The notes under the pieces were generated by a model, which ran no database searches, was not told the origin of the DNA, and saw only the letters and a program-made list of their open reading frames with translations. Below, in pieces: positions 39,538 through 53,040 of a stretch of 64,000 nt of DNA. The DNA comes from Octopus sinensis. Taxonomy: Eukaryota. The first letter of the stretch is position 1. Each line of letters starts with the position of its first letter. Location of the stretch: assembly GCF_006345805.1 (NCBI RefSeq), contig NC_042998.1:80166001-80230000 (forward strand). Reading direction: 5' to 3'. Position numbers and translations under genes: made by a program.

Positions 39538-39915
39538 CCCTAACAAATACACTTGTATGGAAAATGGATGTAAACCAGCAATAATCAATCTAAATAATTT
39601 TAATTACCTGTCAGTTTCCTAGGTGTATTTGAGAAAAGTATGAATCTCACATTCTCATTAATCTTTCCTTGTGTTTAATGGAATTTATGTTCTATTAAAC
39701 ACATGGGAAGAGAAATGAGAATATGAGGGATTCACACTTCTACAGGGACATAACTTTTACCCTCTCTTTATTTTTCTGATAATATAGGAAATAACAATGT
39801 TACTGTGAGATGCACTTTGATGATGGAAGCTAGAATGAGTTTGGTGAGGATATTGGATTACCCTAGGACCCTAGAACACCCCATTCAGTTTAACTGAAGT
39901 TACTCAGTAGAGATT

Positions 39916-40386
39916 CATCCTCATCATTTAACGTCCAGCTTTCCATGCCTGCATGGGTCAGATGGAGTTTTATTGGAGCAAATTTTCTATGGCCAGATGC
40001 CTTTCTTTTCACCAACACTCACCTGCTGATTAGGCAAATTTTCATAGAATAATGAAACTAGTGTTATTACACTACTTGTATGACAGTGACATACATTTAC
40101 AACTTTCATATGATGCTAAGACAAAGAGACACAAACATACACACACTAAATGTATGCACACACATATACACACAGGCATATATACAGTTGTAGCCAAAAG
40201 TTTGGAACATAGGTCTGAAAATTAGAATTTTTATATTAAATAATCAAATACATGCATTGCATCACAAAGCTTTGCTTAGTGTGGGGCTGTTGTACAATAC
40301 ATTTGCCTAAGGTGCCATACCAAGCTTTTGAACTCAAAATCATGTGGTTGGGAAGCAAACGCCCTGCCCAGAGCCATGCCTACATC
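39916..40386 (-). mobile_element. Hybrid SINE interrupted by a Tc1 TIR fragment
   Basis: catcatttaacgtccagctttccatgc (tail) ... microsatellite ... cacaaagctttg ... catgtggttgggaagcaaac ... gagccatgcc (head). Confidence 0.7.
40185..40262 (+). mobile_element. Isolated Tc1-like terminal inverted repeat fragment
   Basis: TA|CAGTTGTAGCCAAAAGTTTGGAACA is a typical Tc1 TIR start at a TA site, lying within the microsatellite of a hybrid SINE. Confidence 0.55.
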
Positions 40387-40781
40387 TAGTTATATATTTA
40401 GCATGAAACAAAAGAATAAGTCTCAACTGACATTTACAGGAGCAGGGAAATAACTTACAATTCATGGATGAATTAGCCATTAAAAATACCAAAGTTTGAA
40501 TTACATTAAAATATTATGGTTCAGACAACTGTAAGAATTATATTGATTTAGAGGAAAATGCTACAAGTCACAAAGGAATTTCAAATGAAGTAAATGAAAT
40601 TTTAACTATTCTTATTTTTAATAATTAATCACAAAAGTGCTGTTGATGTTAAAATCTGTGCTAGACATAATGCTCTGTGATATTTAATTAAAATCATTGT
40701 TTTTAGGAGTTCAAATCATAGCAGACTCAACATCTTTCCAAGGTTCATAAAATAAATATGTTAAGTATTGGAATTGTTTAA

Positions 40782-41223
40782 CCCTTTTATTACCATAGTT
40801 CTGTTGAGATATACAGCTTTTGCTTCAATTAGTTTGAAAATAATGAAGAATTTAATAGAATAGCTGTCATTATTTAGCTAGTGTGAAAGACAGCAAGCTG
40901 GCAAAATTATTAGCACACCAGACAAAATCCTTAGTGGCAGTTGTCTGTTTTTACATTTTGAGTTCAAATTCCGCCAAAGTCAACTTTGCCTTTCATAATT
41001 TCAGGTTCAATGTAATAAGTATCAGTTGAGTACAGGGATCAACATAATCGACTTACACCCTTCCCTGATATTGCTGGACTTGTGTCAAAACTTTATTAAG
41101 CTGATGTTTGAAACATAAATTAACGTGAAATTTTGATGGAAGGTTTTGATTTAAATCACTTTTAAACAGAAAGTTAGTACCATAGAAACAAGGGTGGTTT
41201 CTCGCAGGCTGTTATCAAAAGGA
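40782..41223. mobile_element. piggyBac-type MITE carrying a nested SINE B
   Basis: TTAA|CCCTTTTATTACC ... GTTATCAAAAGGA|TTAA. Internal sequence matches 24192-24448 in the opposite orientation. SINE B occupies about 40887-41090. Confidence 0.75.
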
Positions 41224-42619
41224 TTAAATCAATTATTCCTTCACTTCAAAATTTTTTAGCCATGTGTCTAAGCTTAAAACTAGAAGAGAGAATAATTTTT
41301 GTTCTTCAGTTTCAATGAGTATATTGGTTAGTTAACACAACAGGTCTCATTCACAATGTTTCCTTTATATTCCAGCAAGAAAAAAAATCCTATTTTTATC
41401 CCATGAAACCTAACTAAATAAGAGAACTTAGAGATAATTAATGCAACATAGCACAAATAAATTCTGAGATTACCTTATGTAGGGTAACAGTGTTAATAGT
41501 ACTTATATGTTTAAAATATATTCCTGCTTTCCTCATTACTTTTGATAGATTGTTATTTAGTATAAATAGATTTCTTTTGACAAAGCACAAAAGGAGTTTC
41601 TATGTGAAAGTGAAGCAGTCAGCTGAACCAATACCAGCAATATCATTGGAACTTAGTTTCGTATCTTTTATTTGTTTCAATCTCTGGAGACCTTATCATT
41701 CAGGGGCACCTCCTTGAAGGGTTTAGCTGAAGTAGTCAAATCCAGTACTTTTTAAGTCAGGTAGTTATTCTATCAGTCTCTTTTGCTGAACTGTTATATT
41801 AGGATGATGTAAACAAACAAACAGTAGTTATCAAGTGGTTGGGTGACAAACAAACAAACACACACACACATGATGTGCTTACACCACTGGTTAATCCAGG
41901 ACTATAGTAGAAGACATTTGCCCAAGATGCCACAGTGGGACTGGATCTCAAACCATATGGTTAACTAGGTGCATTTCTTAATGACATAGCCATGCCTGCC
42001 TAAGTTTTGGCACAAAATTACAGTTTTGTAGGAGCTATGAGATCATGCATGATTAATTCAAAAGAACGTGAATACAAAAGTATTACATTTGACAGAATAA
42101 TCTGAATGCTGAAGGGTTAATGATACTTTCTTTATCAAATCCAAGAGGATGTCAAGTAAAGTTGACTTTAATAGGATTTGAACTCAATACTATATATTTT
42201 CCAATTTGATGCTCTTCTACTTCAGCCATCTATCCAGCTTCCTTTATATTTATATGACTGACTTGTCAAAATGAGCATTGAATAGTAATAGAGGACATTT
42301 TTCTTTTAACAGGTTTTAAATATTTTGGTCTCTGTTCCACATCAGTCCTGTTAGTACACATTGGTATTTATTGATACATATTTCAATGTTAGTCTTGCAA
42401 CTTTCATCCATTCACCTTTCCCAATCTTTTGCCCTCACCCTTTCTTCTATTCACCTTCTTGTTTCCTGAGTACACACTATGACATTTCATCATCTTTCTC
42501 TCTCCTTCCAGTTCCACTCCAGTTTAATCCCACCCACCCACCATTATATAATGGGAAAATAGCCATGTATTTTCTTTACTACAACAAACCTGTTCCTCCC
42601 AAGACTTTAGCCTCCTAAT

Positions 42620-42895
42620 ACATAGTAAAAAAACCCCACCTTTCTCAACTGTAGCCCCACTCAGTTGAATGGGATCAAAGTCTTGCAAGCTGTGTGACAA
42701 CTTCACTAGTGCTGGTACCACAAAAAGATGCACCTAGTACACTGTAAAGTGGCTGGCATTAGGAAAAGGCATCCAGGTAGAAAACGCAAATCAAAACAAA
42801 CATTACATGACTCAGTCCTCTAACTCAGCAAATCTTGTTGGGGTGTCCAGGCCATGCCCACATGGAAGACAGATGTTAAATTATGATGGTGATAA
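42620..42895 (+). mobile_element. Family C-type element, + strand
   Basis: tacactgtaaagtggctggcattaggaaaaggcatccaggtagaaaac...catggaagacagatgttaaattatgatggtgat. Confidence 0.7.
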
Positions 42896-44383
42896 TGATT
42901 TCGGTAAATAGGCATAATGAAAGACAGGAGTCAGTACAAATCCTTCAATAATATCTCCCAAATTAATTATAGAGGAGATAGCTGGATTCAAAACAGTAAT
43001 TACTAAATCTCAGTGGAGAATCACATGTAAGATATGTACTTCATGATACATTTCTCTAATCATGAGCCAATGAAGAAGCCTCTATGTAGGTACACAACCA
43101 ACTAGAAATAACCAACAACTTTACCTCAAATCTCTTAGAAAAGCCACCTTCGATAATGTGATCTTAGATACTCAGCTTGGAAAACGAGTGATAGTAGTTG
43201 AAGCACTTCTGATCATAAGTCTGCTTAAGCAGAGCTGGCCTTGGTTTAAACAGCAGCCTTTTTGACCATTAAGGACATTCCCTCAGGTAATAAAGTTTGA
43301 CCAGTTAATAACATTCTATATGAAATGCGTGTGTATATGAGTGTACGCGCGCGCCCAATGTAACAAAGATTTATTGGTTATTTTGTCCCCCGTGCTCAAA
43401 CCTTGGTCCGTTTCGTTTCTACATCAATTAATTAGGAGTAGCAAAAAGGGGCTCCCTCAGGATTTATGCTGAACAGAACAGATTTCCCTGTGTAGCAACA
43501 CTTCACTTAACTCGCAATGCTTCGATAAACTCGAGCAAACAGATCTTCTACGTGCGCAAATTGTTAGAAACAGCAGTCAAATTTTCTTCAAATCATTATC
43601 AAACATTTTACAATGAGAAAGTACAAAACCCATTGAATAATGTAACCTTATTAACAACCCTTACGGTTGGAATGTCTTTCATCACAGAGTTTATTTGATC
43701 AGGGTTGATCTGAAGTTAAACAAGTGTTGAAAACATCCTTTCTCCACTTTCCAACAACGTATATTGAGAATTTTTTTATCCTTTTCCACATTCATTTCTG
43801 ATCTGACATAAGGCCACACTTTTTAGAGAGGATATAGTCGATTGTACTTTATTTTATCTACTGCAGAAGGATGTGAGACAGTTGACCACGACAGGATTTG
43901 AACTCAGAACGTAAAGGGCCGTAACTAAATGCTGCATGATATTTAATTTTTTTTCTTCTTCTATGTCAGAAGCTCCAACAGTACTACCAATATATCTTTC
44001 ATGCAAAAATATGAGAAAGAAAACAACTTTCTTTCCATCACCTCTCATATTTAGCTCTCGATATGACATTCTCGTTAGTTACTATATATTATTACGTTAT
44101 CGTGAGAGAAACAGATAGAGAGAATAATGAAAGATGTAATAATATAGCAATAGTATTATTACAAATGCTTTGTTAGTGATACAGCTCGCTTTACAAAGTC
44201 GTGTGTTTCTAAATTGGTATAAAGTGGACTACAGTTACTAACCACTTCGGAGAGAGGAGGAGGAGGGGGTGGAATGTGGAGATAATGTTAGTACCACCAA
44301 GAAAACAGTGACTCATACAAACCAAATCTTATCTAAACATGTGACCTTACTGAGATTTTCATGCAAGAGGGTAAGCAGTAGGT

Positions 44384-44560
<177 letters not shown>

Positions 44561-44999
44561 ATACATAATGTGTGTATACGAAGAGAGAGAGGGGCTGAAA
44601 GTGAGAAAAAGTAATGGATTAAAAGAAAGACCAGTAACAATGTAATGTGGTGAGGTGCAGAGTAGGCATCAAGCTTTTTGAAGTGATATCGCTTTTATTT
44701 TACTTCTTTTTTTTCCATGATATCAATAAATCCATTGAAGATACGATTCAACGAATGGAAAAAAAAACGAAACGAAACAAATTGAAACGAAACGAAACAA
44801 AACAAAACATGCTCATACATCAGAGACATATATAATAGCAGTTTGTAAAGTTTGTCTTTCATGTTGTGTTGCGGTGCAAATAGACAACATTTATAATGAA
44901 GATAAACTATGTTTTAATAACTATTGATTTAAATTCTCTTGCTTAAACCATACAAATAATCGTTGGAATGGTGCCAGACTTCCTGGGCACAGAGCAGAC

Positions 45000-45500
45000 G
45001 GGGAGAGAGAGGATGATAGAAAGATAGAGACAGAGATAAGAACAAATATAAAAGAAGAGAGTTTTGTGGATATGCGTGTGTGTGTGTGTATCCAGAGAGA
45101 GAGAGAGGGTGTGTGTGTGTGTGTTTGCGCGCGTGTGTGTGCATACATACAGAGAGAGAGAGAGAGAGAGCGCGCGTTGAGAGAGTGCGACAAAGATGGA
45201 AAGTTTCAAGAAAAGAGAGATGAATATATGAGGAAGAGAGAGAGAGAGAGAGTGAGTGATAAATGAGAAAGATAGAAAAATATGAGAAGACAGAAAGAGA
45301 AGAACAGTGAAGGAAAGAGCGAGAAGAGAGAATTAAAGAGAAAGCGTTCAAAAGTGCAAATAACACCAAAAACAAAAGTAGAAGACAGAGAGAAAGAAAC
45401 GTGGAAGGGAAAAACAGAAAAAACATAAAGAGGGCGAAAGAAAAATCAAAATCAAAATCACGAAGTATCTAAGAGTATGAGAGATGGGGGAAGAGGAGAT
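45000..45500. repeat. Purine-rich (GA) low-complexity block
   Basis: Seen directly; CT-rich on the minus strand. Confidence 0.9.
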
Positions 45501-46490
45501 TAGGATTATGGAAACTTGATTAAATGAATGAAAACTAATTTACGCCTTAATGAATATGAGATGACAACGAACGTATACTTAACGAATCGTTTAGGAGAGT
45601 GTTTAAAACAATTTCTTCACATGAAACAATAGATTAATCTAAAAAGAAGTTCGTGTACTGTGAAATGGGATGAATTCTAGCGTTTCGGTCAGGGCTCTTC
45701 GTCGAAAAAGGAAAAAAGAAATGTTGGGTGACAATAAATGAGAACTCTGTCCTAAACGTTACAGACTAATTTCAATGGACTTGAATACTGTTTTGTTTCT
45801 TTGCCGTGACGAAAAAATAAATAAATAAACAGTAAGAAAATCGAAAGCTACAAGTAAACAGAGGTATAAGGCCTCAAATGTTGTGAGGTACAGTCGATTA
45901 TGCATGTCTGGAATCATGCCAAATTTAACGATCCCGCCATCAGGATTTGAGCTCAAGAACGTAAAGAGACTAAAATACAAGATTCTGCCAATCCAAATAA
46001 TGAAGATTTCTTTAGAATTTACAATTAGAAAGAAAAAAAAAGTAACTTGAGTAAAGAAAGTTGACTGAATCTCAATAGAGAGGATGATCTTATTTTGAAA
46101 GTAAATTTTATTGAAGAAAAAGTGGTTTTTTTTTAAAGTTTGTTTCCCTTTCCGTGGTTTCTGCACGATGTCTTTTAATAAAATTCAATTTAAAAATATT
46201 TTTTTTATGTGATCAAATTTTCTCTCTAAAATAATTCATTTCAATTAATACAATAAAAAAGTTAGTATGGTAGAGGCCGTCTGGAAAATATAGCTGTAAT
46301 TTCCACATTAAGTTTGGTGACCACTGATCTGAGCCTACATTAGACAAAAATACATTATATAAGCATAAGACCGACCTAGAATAGCTAGTACATTGCAGGC
46401 TAGTTAAGTTTCGGTGTCCTTACATGTATATATTTTTTAATTCTCCACTAAGAAAAGAGATTGTAAATATAGGAATAAAATGTTTATTAT

Positions 46491-46653
46491 CAGTGACGTA
46501 CTAGAGTATGTGCCGCCCGGGGCAGCTCTTTTGTTTGTTCCCCGACCCCAAGTGTAAGCGTATACAAGCTTACACAGCAGACCCAAAAGTGCCGACCCCC
46601 AAAAGCGTCGCCTAAGGCAGACCGGCCCTCTCGCTACGAATAATAAGCTACTG
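46491..46653. mobile_element. hAT-type GC-rich MITE (163 bp)
   Basis: Ends CAGTGACGTACTAG ... CTCGCTACG(aataataa)GCTACTG. TSD tttattat (46483-46490) / tttataat (46654-46661). Central hairpin gtgtaagc-gtatacaa-gcttacac. Confidence 0.7.
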
Positions 46654-46724
46654 TTTATAATATATACAATCTAAAAACGAATAACTAAAACAGCTCCAAG
46701 GTTTTCAAAACTTTCATTAATATT

Positions 46725-46727
<3 letters not shown>

Positions 46728-46789
<62 letters not shown>
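46728..46789. repeat. Pure (GA)n microsatellite
   Basis: Seen directly. Confidence 0.98.
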
Positions 46790-46790
<1 letters not shown>

Positions 46791-47023
46791 TATATTGCTA
46801 GCAATGATCTACATATTCTTGTAAGATGTTAGGTAAGAGAAAGTGTGAAAGGTACCGTTAAATCGTAGATATAAGGGATTTTCTCCTAAGAAATTAAATA
46901 TAAACAAAAGAATGGATACTGGAGAATAATTCTAGTAAAACATTTTGTTGGGGATTTCAGATTTGCAATTGTTTTTACAGTACGAATTATATCCAACTTT
47001 TTCAAAATATTTTCTATTGACAA

Positions 47024-47240
47024 GGCGGCGAGCTGGTGGAATCGTTAGCACGCCGGGCAAGCTGCTTAGCTGCAATTTCGTCCGTCTTTGTGCTCTGAGT
47101 TCAAATTCCACCGAGGTCGACTTTACTTTTCATCCTTTCGGGGTCAATAAAATTAAGTACCAGTTGAATACTGCGGTCGATGTAATCGACTTATCCCCTC
47201 CCCCAAAATTTCAAGCCTTGCGCCTTTAGTAGAAAGTATC
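47024..47240 (+). mobile_element. SINE family B, full length, with perfect 15-bp TSD
   Basis: ggcggcgagctggtggaatcgttagc...gagttcaaattcc...cctttcggggtc... TSD attttctattgacaa at 47009-47023 and 47241-47255. Confidence 0.93.
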
Positions 47241-48170
47241 ATTTTCTATTGACAAAATTACCAAATAATCCAATGTATTTACGATAGTTCGAAGATTCCC
47301 AAACACTTGTAGCACGTAGTGCCTGGGAAGCCGTCAGTGTTGTCAGCACTTTCAATCGGCCGAACACATGACTTTTTTGATCAGGCTTTCTGAGAGGGTA
47401 AACTGTGATTTATGACTAAAAGTTTCTTACTCGCAACCAATTAATTCACTGAAGATCGGATGCAACCAAAAACGGTCCAAATAGGATTTAATACATGTTT
47501 AGGAACTTTATCCTATATACTTAGCGAAAAATCACGTTGTCGTCTCTACCTACTACGTTACTTGTGCATAATATAGTTTGTACCCACCACTGGGCATCAA
47601 ATCAGAGGAAGAGAAAACGCTCCGAATGTTTTAATTGCACAGGTCTATATGCCTCCCCCCCTCCCAAGTATATGTTATACAAATCAAAAACCAAACACAG
47701 TAACCTAGATCAAATATACACCAACTTAGTTACGCGTATCCACAAATCTCTAGCTTTCTCATTCTTCTTAAATTAGTCAAACTACTGAGTTTGATAAACA
47801 GGAAACAGTTTGAAACCCGTGCCAATCGCCAGACAACGCCAAAACGTTATTATGAAATAGCAACACATTATTATTAATCTTTACGTAGCCATTTCAAGAG
47901 TTTGTATTCCTTGTTTGGTCAGGATATGCGAGATGACGGATCAGGGTTAAATGAAGAGGAGTACACAAAGAGCGTTGTATACCAAGAGCTTCAAGATTAC
48001 GATTATGTATTTTATGATTTAAGTTTGCATGTTTTCGAAATAACTAAGGAGTAAAGTTAAAGTTTCAAATAGTTGAGAGAATTCGTATTTGTGCAACCTC
48101 TCGCAAGAAGCAAATCAATTCTATAAATGTTTTCCCAGCGCAGCATAGTAAGCTCGCTAGTCAAGCACTA

Positions 48171-48324
48171 ACTTTTACTTGTTTCAGTCATACTGGGACA
48201 TCGCCTAGAAGAATTTTAGTCGAACGCTAAGCCACGAGGACGTAAACACACCAACATCGGTTGTCAAGCGGCAGTGGGGAAGAAACAGACACATAGACAC
48301 ACTATATATATACGCACGCGCGTG

Positions 48325-48366
<42 letters not shown>

Positions 48367-48516
48367 ACGGGCTTGTTTCAGTTTTCGTCCATCAAATTCA
48401 TTCACAAGGCTTTGGCCTGACGCAATAATTGAAAAACTTGCCCAAGGTGCCACGTAGTGGGACTGAACCCGGCACTATGTGGTTGAAAACTTCTTACCAC
48501 ACAGCCACGCCTCCAC
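48171..48516 (-). mobile_element. SINE family A, internally deleted, CpG-retaining
   Basis: cttttacttgtttcagtcat...accaacatcggttgtcaagcgg...(TA)n...gggactgaacccgg...cacagccacgcc. Confidence 0.88.
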
Positions 48517-48711
48517 TTATGTAAAGTACAAAGATTATTTAAATTTGTAATACAAAAATGGCAGGTACTCAGCTTTAGTTTGACCAATAGCTAACAACTT
48601 TCATACGCAGCAAAGTGCCTACGATCTTTGTATTACAAATTGCTTAAATTTCTCAATTAAGTGTTTGTAGCAAAATGTGTAACGATCATTGCCACTATGT
48701 AGCTGTGATCT

Positions 48712-48762
<51 letters not shown>

Positions 48763-49144
48763 TTAATGAAAATGTTGTTTAATCTATACTCTTCTGACTG
48801 AATATTGTAAGAAATATTTCATTCATATTTGTTGTACACACACACACACATACTTGAACCGCAGGCCGTCGTGTGTGTGTAGAGTGCGTAGTGAGACCCC
48901 GGTGCATTCGAATAGAAATACTTTATAGTAAATAAGTCGTCTGAATCTTCTGCCCCTACACCAATGGTGCCTTTGCTTTCCGTATATTACGGGAATGATG
49001 AAATAAGTGACAAAGCACTGAGGTCGATATAAATGACTTTAAAAAAACAAACTTGAGGATGGTACTCTAGTAAGGCCACCGTCCAATGATTAAAACCAAC
49101 AAAAATACAAGAACGAGGTGATTTTTTTTTTCCCCCGTTTAAGC

Positions 49145-49479
49145 TAGTTATTCTCAACCGGGATTCGTGTGGCTCCTGAGGGTCCATATAAGATTTAGGT
49201 GGGAGTACGCAACAAAATAGTAAATTGGGGATTCACAATAGTATTTTAGGGCCCTTGAAAAAATTTTGCTTTAACTGTTTTGCAAGAAACAGCTAGGGTT
49301 CTTTCTCTAATGTTTTACATTGTTCAACCTACACAAGTGAATGTGTGAAAAACAAAGCAGGTATTTTGAAAGAAGTATCTATAAAACTAGTTTTTTAAAC
49401 ATCGAATAACTATGGAGGTCCACTAGAATAAAACTGTAATCAAAGGGGCCCATATATAATAAATGTTTGAGAACCACTG
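49145..49479. mobile_element. hAT (Charlie-like) MITE (335 bp)
   Basis: Ends TAGTTATTCTCAACC ... TTTGAGAACCACTG. Flanks gtttaagc / gtttatta give only a partial TSD. Confidence 0.7.
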
Positions 49480-50689
49480 GTTTATTAAGCTAATGACTTT
49501 TCTCGATTGAATCGATATTCGTATATCACTATTACTTAATTTACCGACCACAGTAGAATAGATTTGAACTTAGAAACGTGAAGCACAAACTGGATACGTT
49601 TTACTTCAGCTTCAGTATTCTCGCGCCAACAAATTCGTGTTGGATGAGTTAGAATTTCTGCTAACATGTACATGTTAATTCTATATTTGGTAGAAAGATT
49701 TTGGCAGTTTTCTTCTTGTTTTTAAATTTTATTTTTATTTCATTGGGTATACACAACGCAAAGAATAAGAAAAATGTTAAAAAAAAAGGTATAGAAATCT
49801 TGACAAAAAATAGCCTATACGGTTACACAAGTTTGCTGGGCAAGGCAGGGCGGAACCTAACTAGCAATAAACCAACACCCTTATCTCTCTCGCCCTCTTT
49901 CTCTCTGCATTCCTTACGTTGTACTTAAGCTGCGAACCAGCTTATCTCTTGCTTTAACGGTTAAGTCGTCAGTTATCTATTTAACTTACGTAAAATCTAC
50001 CTGGGCATCTCAGACAAATTTATTCTCCCGCTACCACTTAATTTCAAGTTAAACCCATTCATCTCTCATTCAAACTTCGCAGCTTCCGCTAAATACCGCC
50101 ACATAAGGTTATAATTATACAGCTCCACCTACATTTCTTTTATTACTACCAGTTTTTCCTTTTATTTCTTTTTATTTCTAATTAGGGAATCTTCGAGACA
50201 ATGGAGTTGGAAGAATCTGATATATATTCCTTCCTGATGTCTTGAGTTTAAATTATTTTTACGATACAGGGCATGCGGTAGTAGTGGCGAATTTCCGTCC
50301 TTCGATGATGAGGTTTCATTATTCGATCAATTGAATTACTTGCTCCTGAATGGACGTGTAAGTGGCACATCTTTGAGAGAATCAGCACGACAGGTGATAT
50401 GACTAACTTCTGGCGGTTTTCTACATGATTTTCGTCAACCCAATTTTCTTCTCAAGATTTAGGTCAATCAACCGCCTAACATGCCACGTAACCTCATGGT
50501 TGCGAAGAAAGCTTCTTAACCATTCCACCATACTGTACTTAAACAAAGCAACTATATCACGGTTATATTATTATATACGTGGACGAATAAATAAGAATGG
50601 ATGCTTATTTTTACAATAGTTTTGCACCTCACTAATAGTTAAGTGCCGCTTTAACTCTTACGTTTTACATCCATTTAAAATAGTTATAT

Positions 50690-50925
50690 TTTATCTTTTA
50701 CTTGTTTCAGTCATTAAGGGTTTTGGTCGAACAAATCGACCCCCAAGTTTTATTTTAAAGCCTGGTACTTATTCTATCGGTCCGTTTTGCCGAACCACTA
50801 AGTTACAGGGAACTAAACATACCGATTCCGGTTGTCAAGCAGTAGTGGGGACAAACACACACACATATGTACGACGGGCTTCTTCCAGCTTCCGTCTACC
50901 AAATCCGCTCACAAAGCTTTGGTCA
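50690..50925 (-). mobile_element. SINE family A, 3' two-thirds
   Basis: atcttttacttgtttcagtcatt...aaatcgacccc...cgacgggcttc...cacaaagctttgg. Confidence 0.85.
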
Positions 50926-51049
50926 AAGATGATCTAGCTATTAGATTCTAGCATATAAGCATCCACAATATGACAGATTAAGAATTTACTTAATACTAAA
51001 TAAATAAATAAATAAAAGAAAATATAACTAACTTCCTTAATATTATGCA

Positions 51050-51620
51050 TAATCTTGTAATTCTTTCTTGGACTTTATCAATATCTCGAGCATTGTCTGT
51101 CTTTTAGTTCATCGTCATAACTTCCATACTGTATCATCACCTGTAATCGTGAAGTCTCAGTCGAAATATTATTGGATCCTTTGGATTTTCGAATCGTATT
51201 CTCATATATACCGGCAATATTTAGTTTATTTTTCTTTATCTTTTCAGTAACTTCTAGCATGTTATAAAACGAACGTATTAAATCGAAAGAGGACAAATGG
51301 TGATATGTGAAACTGTGCTAGCTTCATCAACTGGTTCTGATTCTTGAAATTATAACAATACGTAATGATGTTGGTAAACATGGAGTTTAGGGTCGTAAAA
51401 AAACTAAAAGTAAACTGCATCAGAAGCGACGATAGTGAAGGCCTATATTTTCATAAACACAGGCATCTGGTTCTATAATATCTTCTCGTGATAGCAAGAG
51501 CATTTCCAACATAGGAACTGAGGTACACCGCGACAACGTAGCATACCCGACAGCGAACACCAGTGAAAAGCCACAATGTTCTGGTATTTCGTTTGCCGTC
51601 GACAATAGTAATTTTCCAGC
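51050..51620 (-). mobile_element. Highly decayed CR1/L2-like reverse transcriptase fragment
   Basis: Minus-strand frames give QNIVAFHWCSLSGMLRCRGVPQ (cf. QRVV.NG.LS.W..V.SGVPQG) and, downstream, ARDIDKVQERNYK (cf. DI..LEKVQRRATK). Many stops and frameshifts. Confidence 0.35.
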
Positions 51621-51655
51621 CTACAATTTAGGACCATGAAAGCGAAGATAACATA

Positions 51656-52543
51656 TCTACTACATATGTGCGAAATTCTGTCTGTGGGTGTGTTTGGTGG
51701 AGTTGTTAGCTAACTCTTCCTGCATCGTTTTATCGATTTTGATGAAACTTGACACGTGAGTAGAACTCATGTCTGGAAATCTCATGGCATACTCAGATTG
51801 TTGAAAAAAATCAATAATAGGGCCCCTGGAAAGGATCCTTATATATATCTAATATATTTTATTTTAAAAACGAAGGGAAATAACCCATTCAAGCCTTGGG
51901 AGGGATCCTTATATATAGCCAAGAGAAATAACCCATTCATTTTCCTAAATTATTTGGTGAAAATGAAATTGAGTATGCTCATTTCTTAGTATTTGAACTG
52001 TTGAGTTATTTTCGCAATTTATGCAGTACAACCCTTAAACAAGTAAATAGTATTTTCCTAAACAACAGATCCACTTATTTCGGTTAGTAATTATTCACAA
52101 ATATACCAACACAAGCACCCTCTTGGAACGCACAAAAGCCCTTTTCAGAGTTATTTACTTTGAATTGTTATTATCTCATATCTGATTAGCCTGTTATTGT
52201 GTAACATGCTTCACGATTTTAGTATACGCACCTTATTAGTATTTCCGCCAATGTTCTATATACTCTGGGAACGCATTAAAACCCTTTTCGGGGCTACTTT
52301 ATTCGGGTAACTAATTTCATGTTATTACATAACTGACTTCACAATCTGGGTATTCATAACTTATTGGGAATTCCTAAAAACAAGATCCTGTGTAAGACAG
52401 TTCGGTATTCTCAATAAATGCACAAAAACCTTTTTAAGGGCTACATACTTTATATTGTTGTTATTGGATTAGCGAAACAATTATGAGTACGGAACCAAGG
52501 GATAAGCCCCGCTTTCTCGGGAATTACCGGGTACGTCAGCTAA
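51656..52543 (+). mobile_element. Helitron-type non-autonomous element
   Basis: Starts A|TCTACTACATATGTGCGAAATTCTGTCTGT, contains 'tcgattttgatgaaacttg', and ends with a GC-rich imperfect palindrome then CAGCTAA|T (5'-TC ... CTRR-3' between A and T, no TSD). Internal direct repeats: ggatccttatatata...gaaataacccattca x2 and aaaacc(c)tttt..gggctac x2-3. Confidence 0.65.
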
Positions 52544-52651
52544 TATATATATGTATGAGAGAGAGAGAGAGAAAGAAAGATTGAAAGGGACATACAGGAA
52601 TCCCCACATGTCTACAAAGATTCTTAATTCGTGTTTCATTCTTTTTTTAAA

Positions 52652-52832
52652 ATTTTATTTCAGTCATTTGACTGTGGCCATGCTGAAGCACCGCCTTTAA
52701 TCGATCAAATCGATCCCAGGACTTATGCTTTGTAAGTCTAGTACTTATTCTATCAATCATTTTTGCCGAACCCCCAAGTTGAGGGGACATAAACACACCA
52801 ACATCGGTTGTCAAGCAATGGCGGAGGGACAA

Positions 52833-52886
<54 letters not shown>

Positions 52887-53040
52887 GACGAGCTTCTTTC
52901 AGTTTCCGTCAACTAAATCCATTCACAAGGCTTTCGTCGGCCCGAGGCTATGGTAGAAGACACTTGTCCAAGGTGCCATGTAGTGGGACTGAACCCGAAA
53001 CCATATGGCTGGTAAGCAAGCTACTTACCACAGCCACGCC
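52652..53040 (-). mobile_element. SINE family A, full length, young-looking
   Basis: tttcagtcatttgactgtggccatgctgaagcaccgcc...(CA)n(TA)n...gggactgaacccgaaacc...cacagccacgcc. Confidence 0.92.

Noticed and set aside
39667-39706. 40-nt AT-rich hairpin
   Set aside because: Too short and AT-rich to be a miRNA precursor; plausible by chance.
50200-50420. Possible second CR1-like RT trace (FYDTGHAVVVANF); possible LINE 3' end at 55120-55390
   Set aside because: Single weak motifs; insufficient to annotate.
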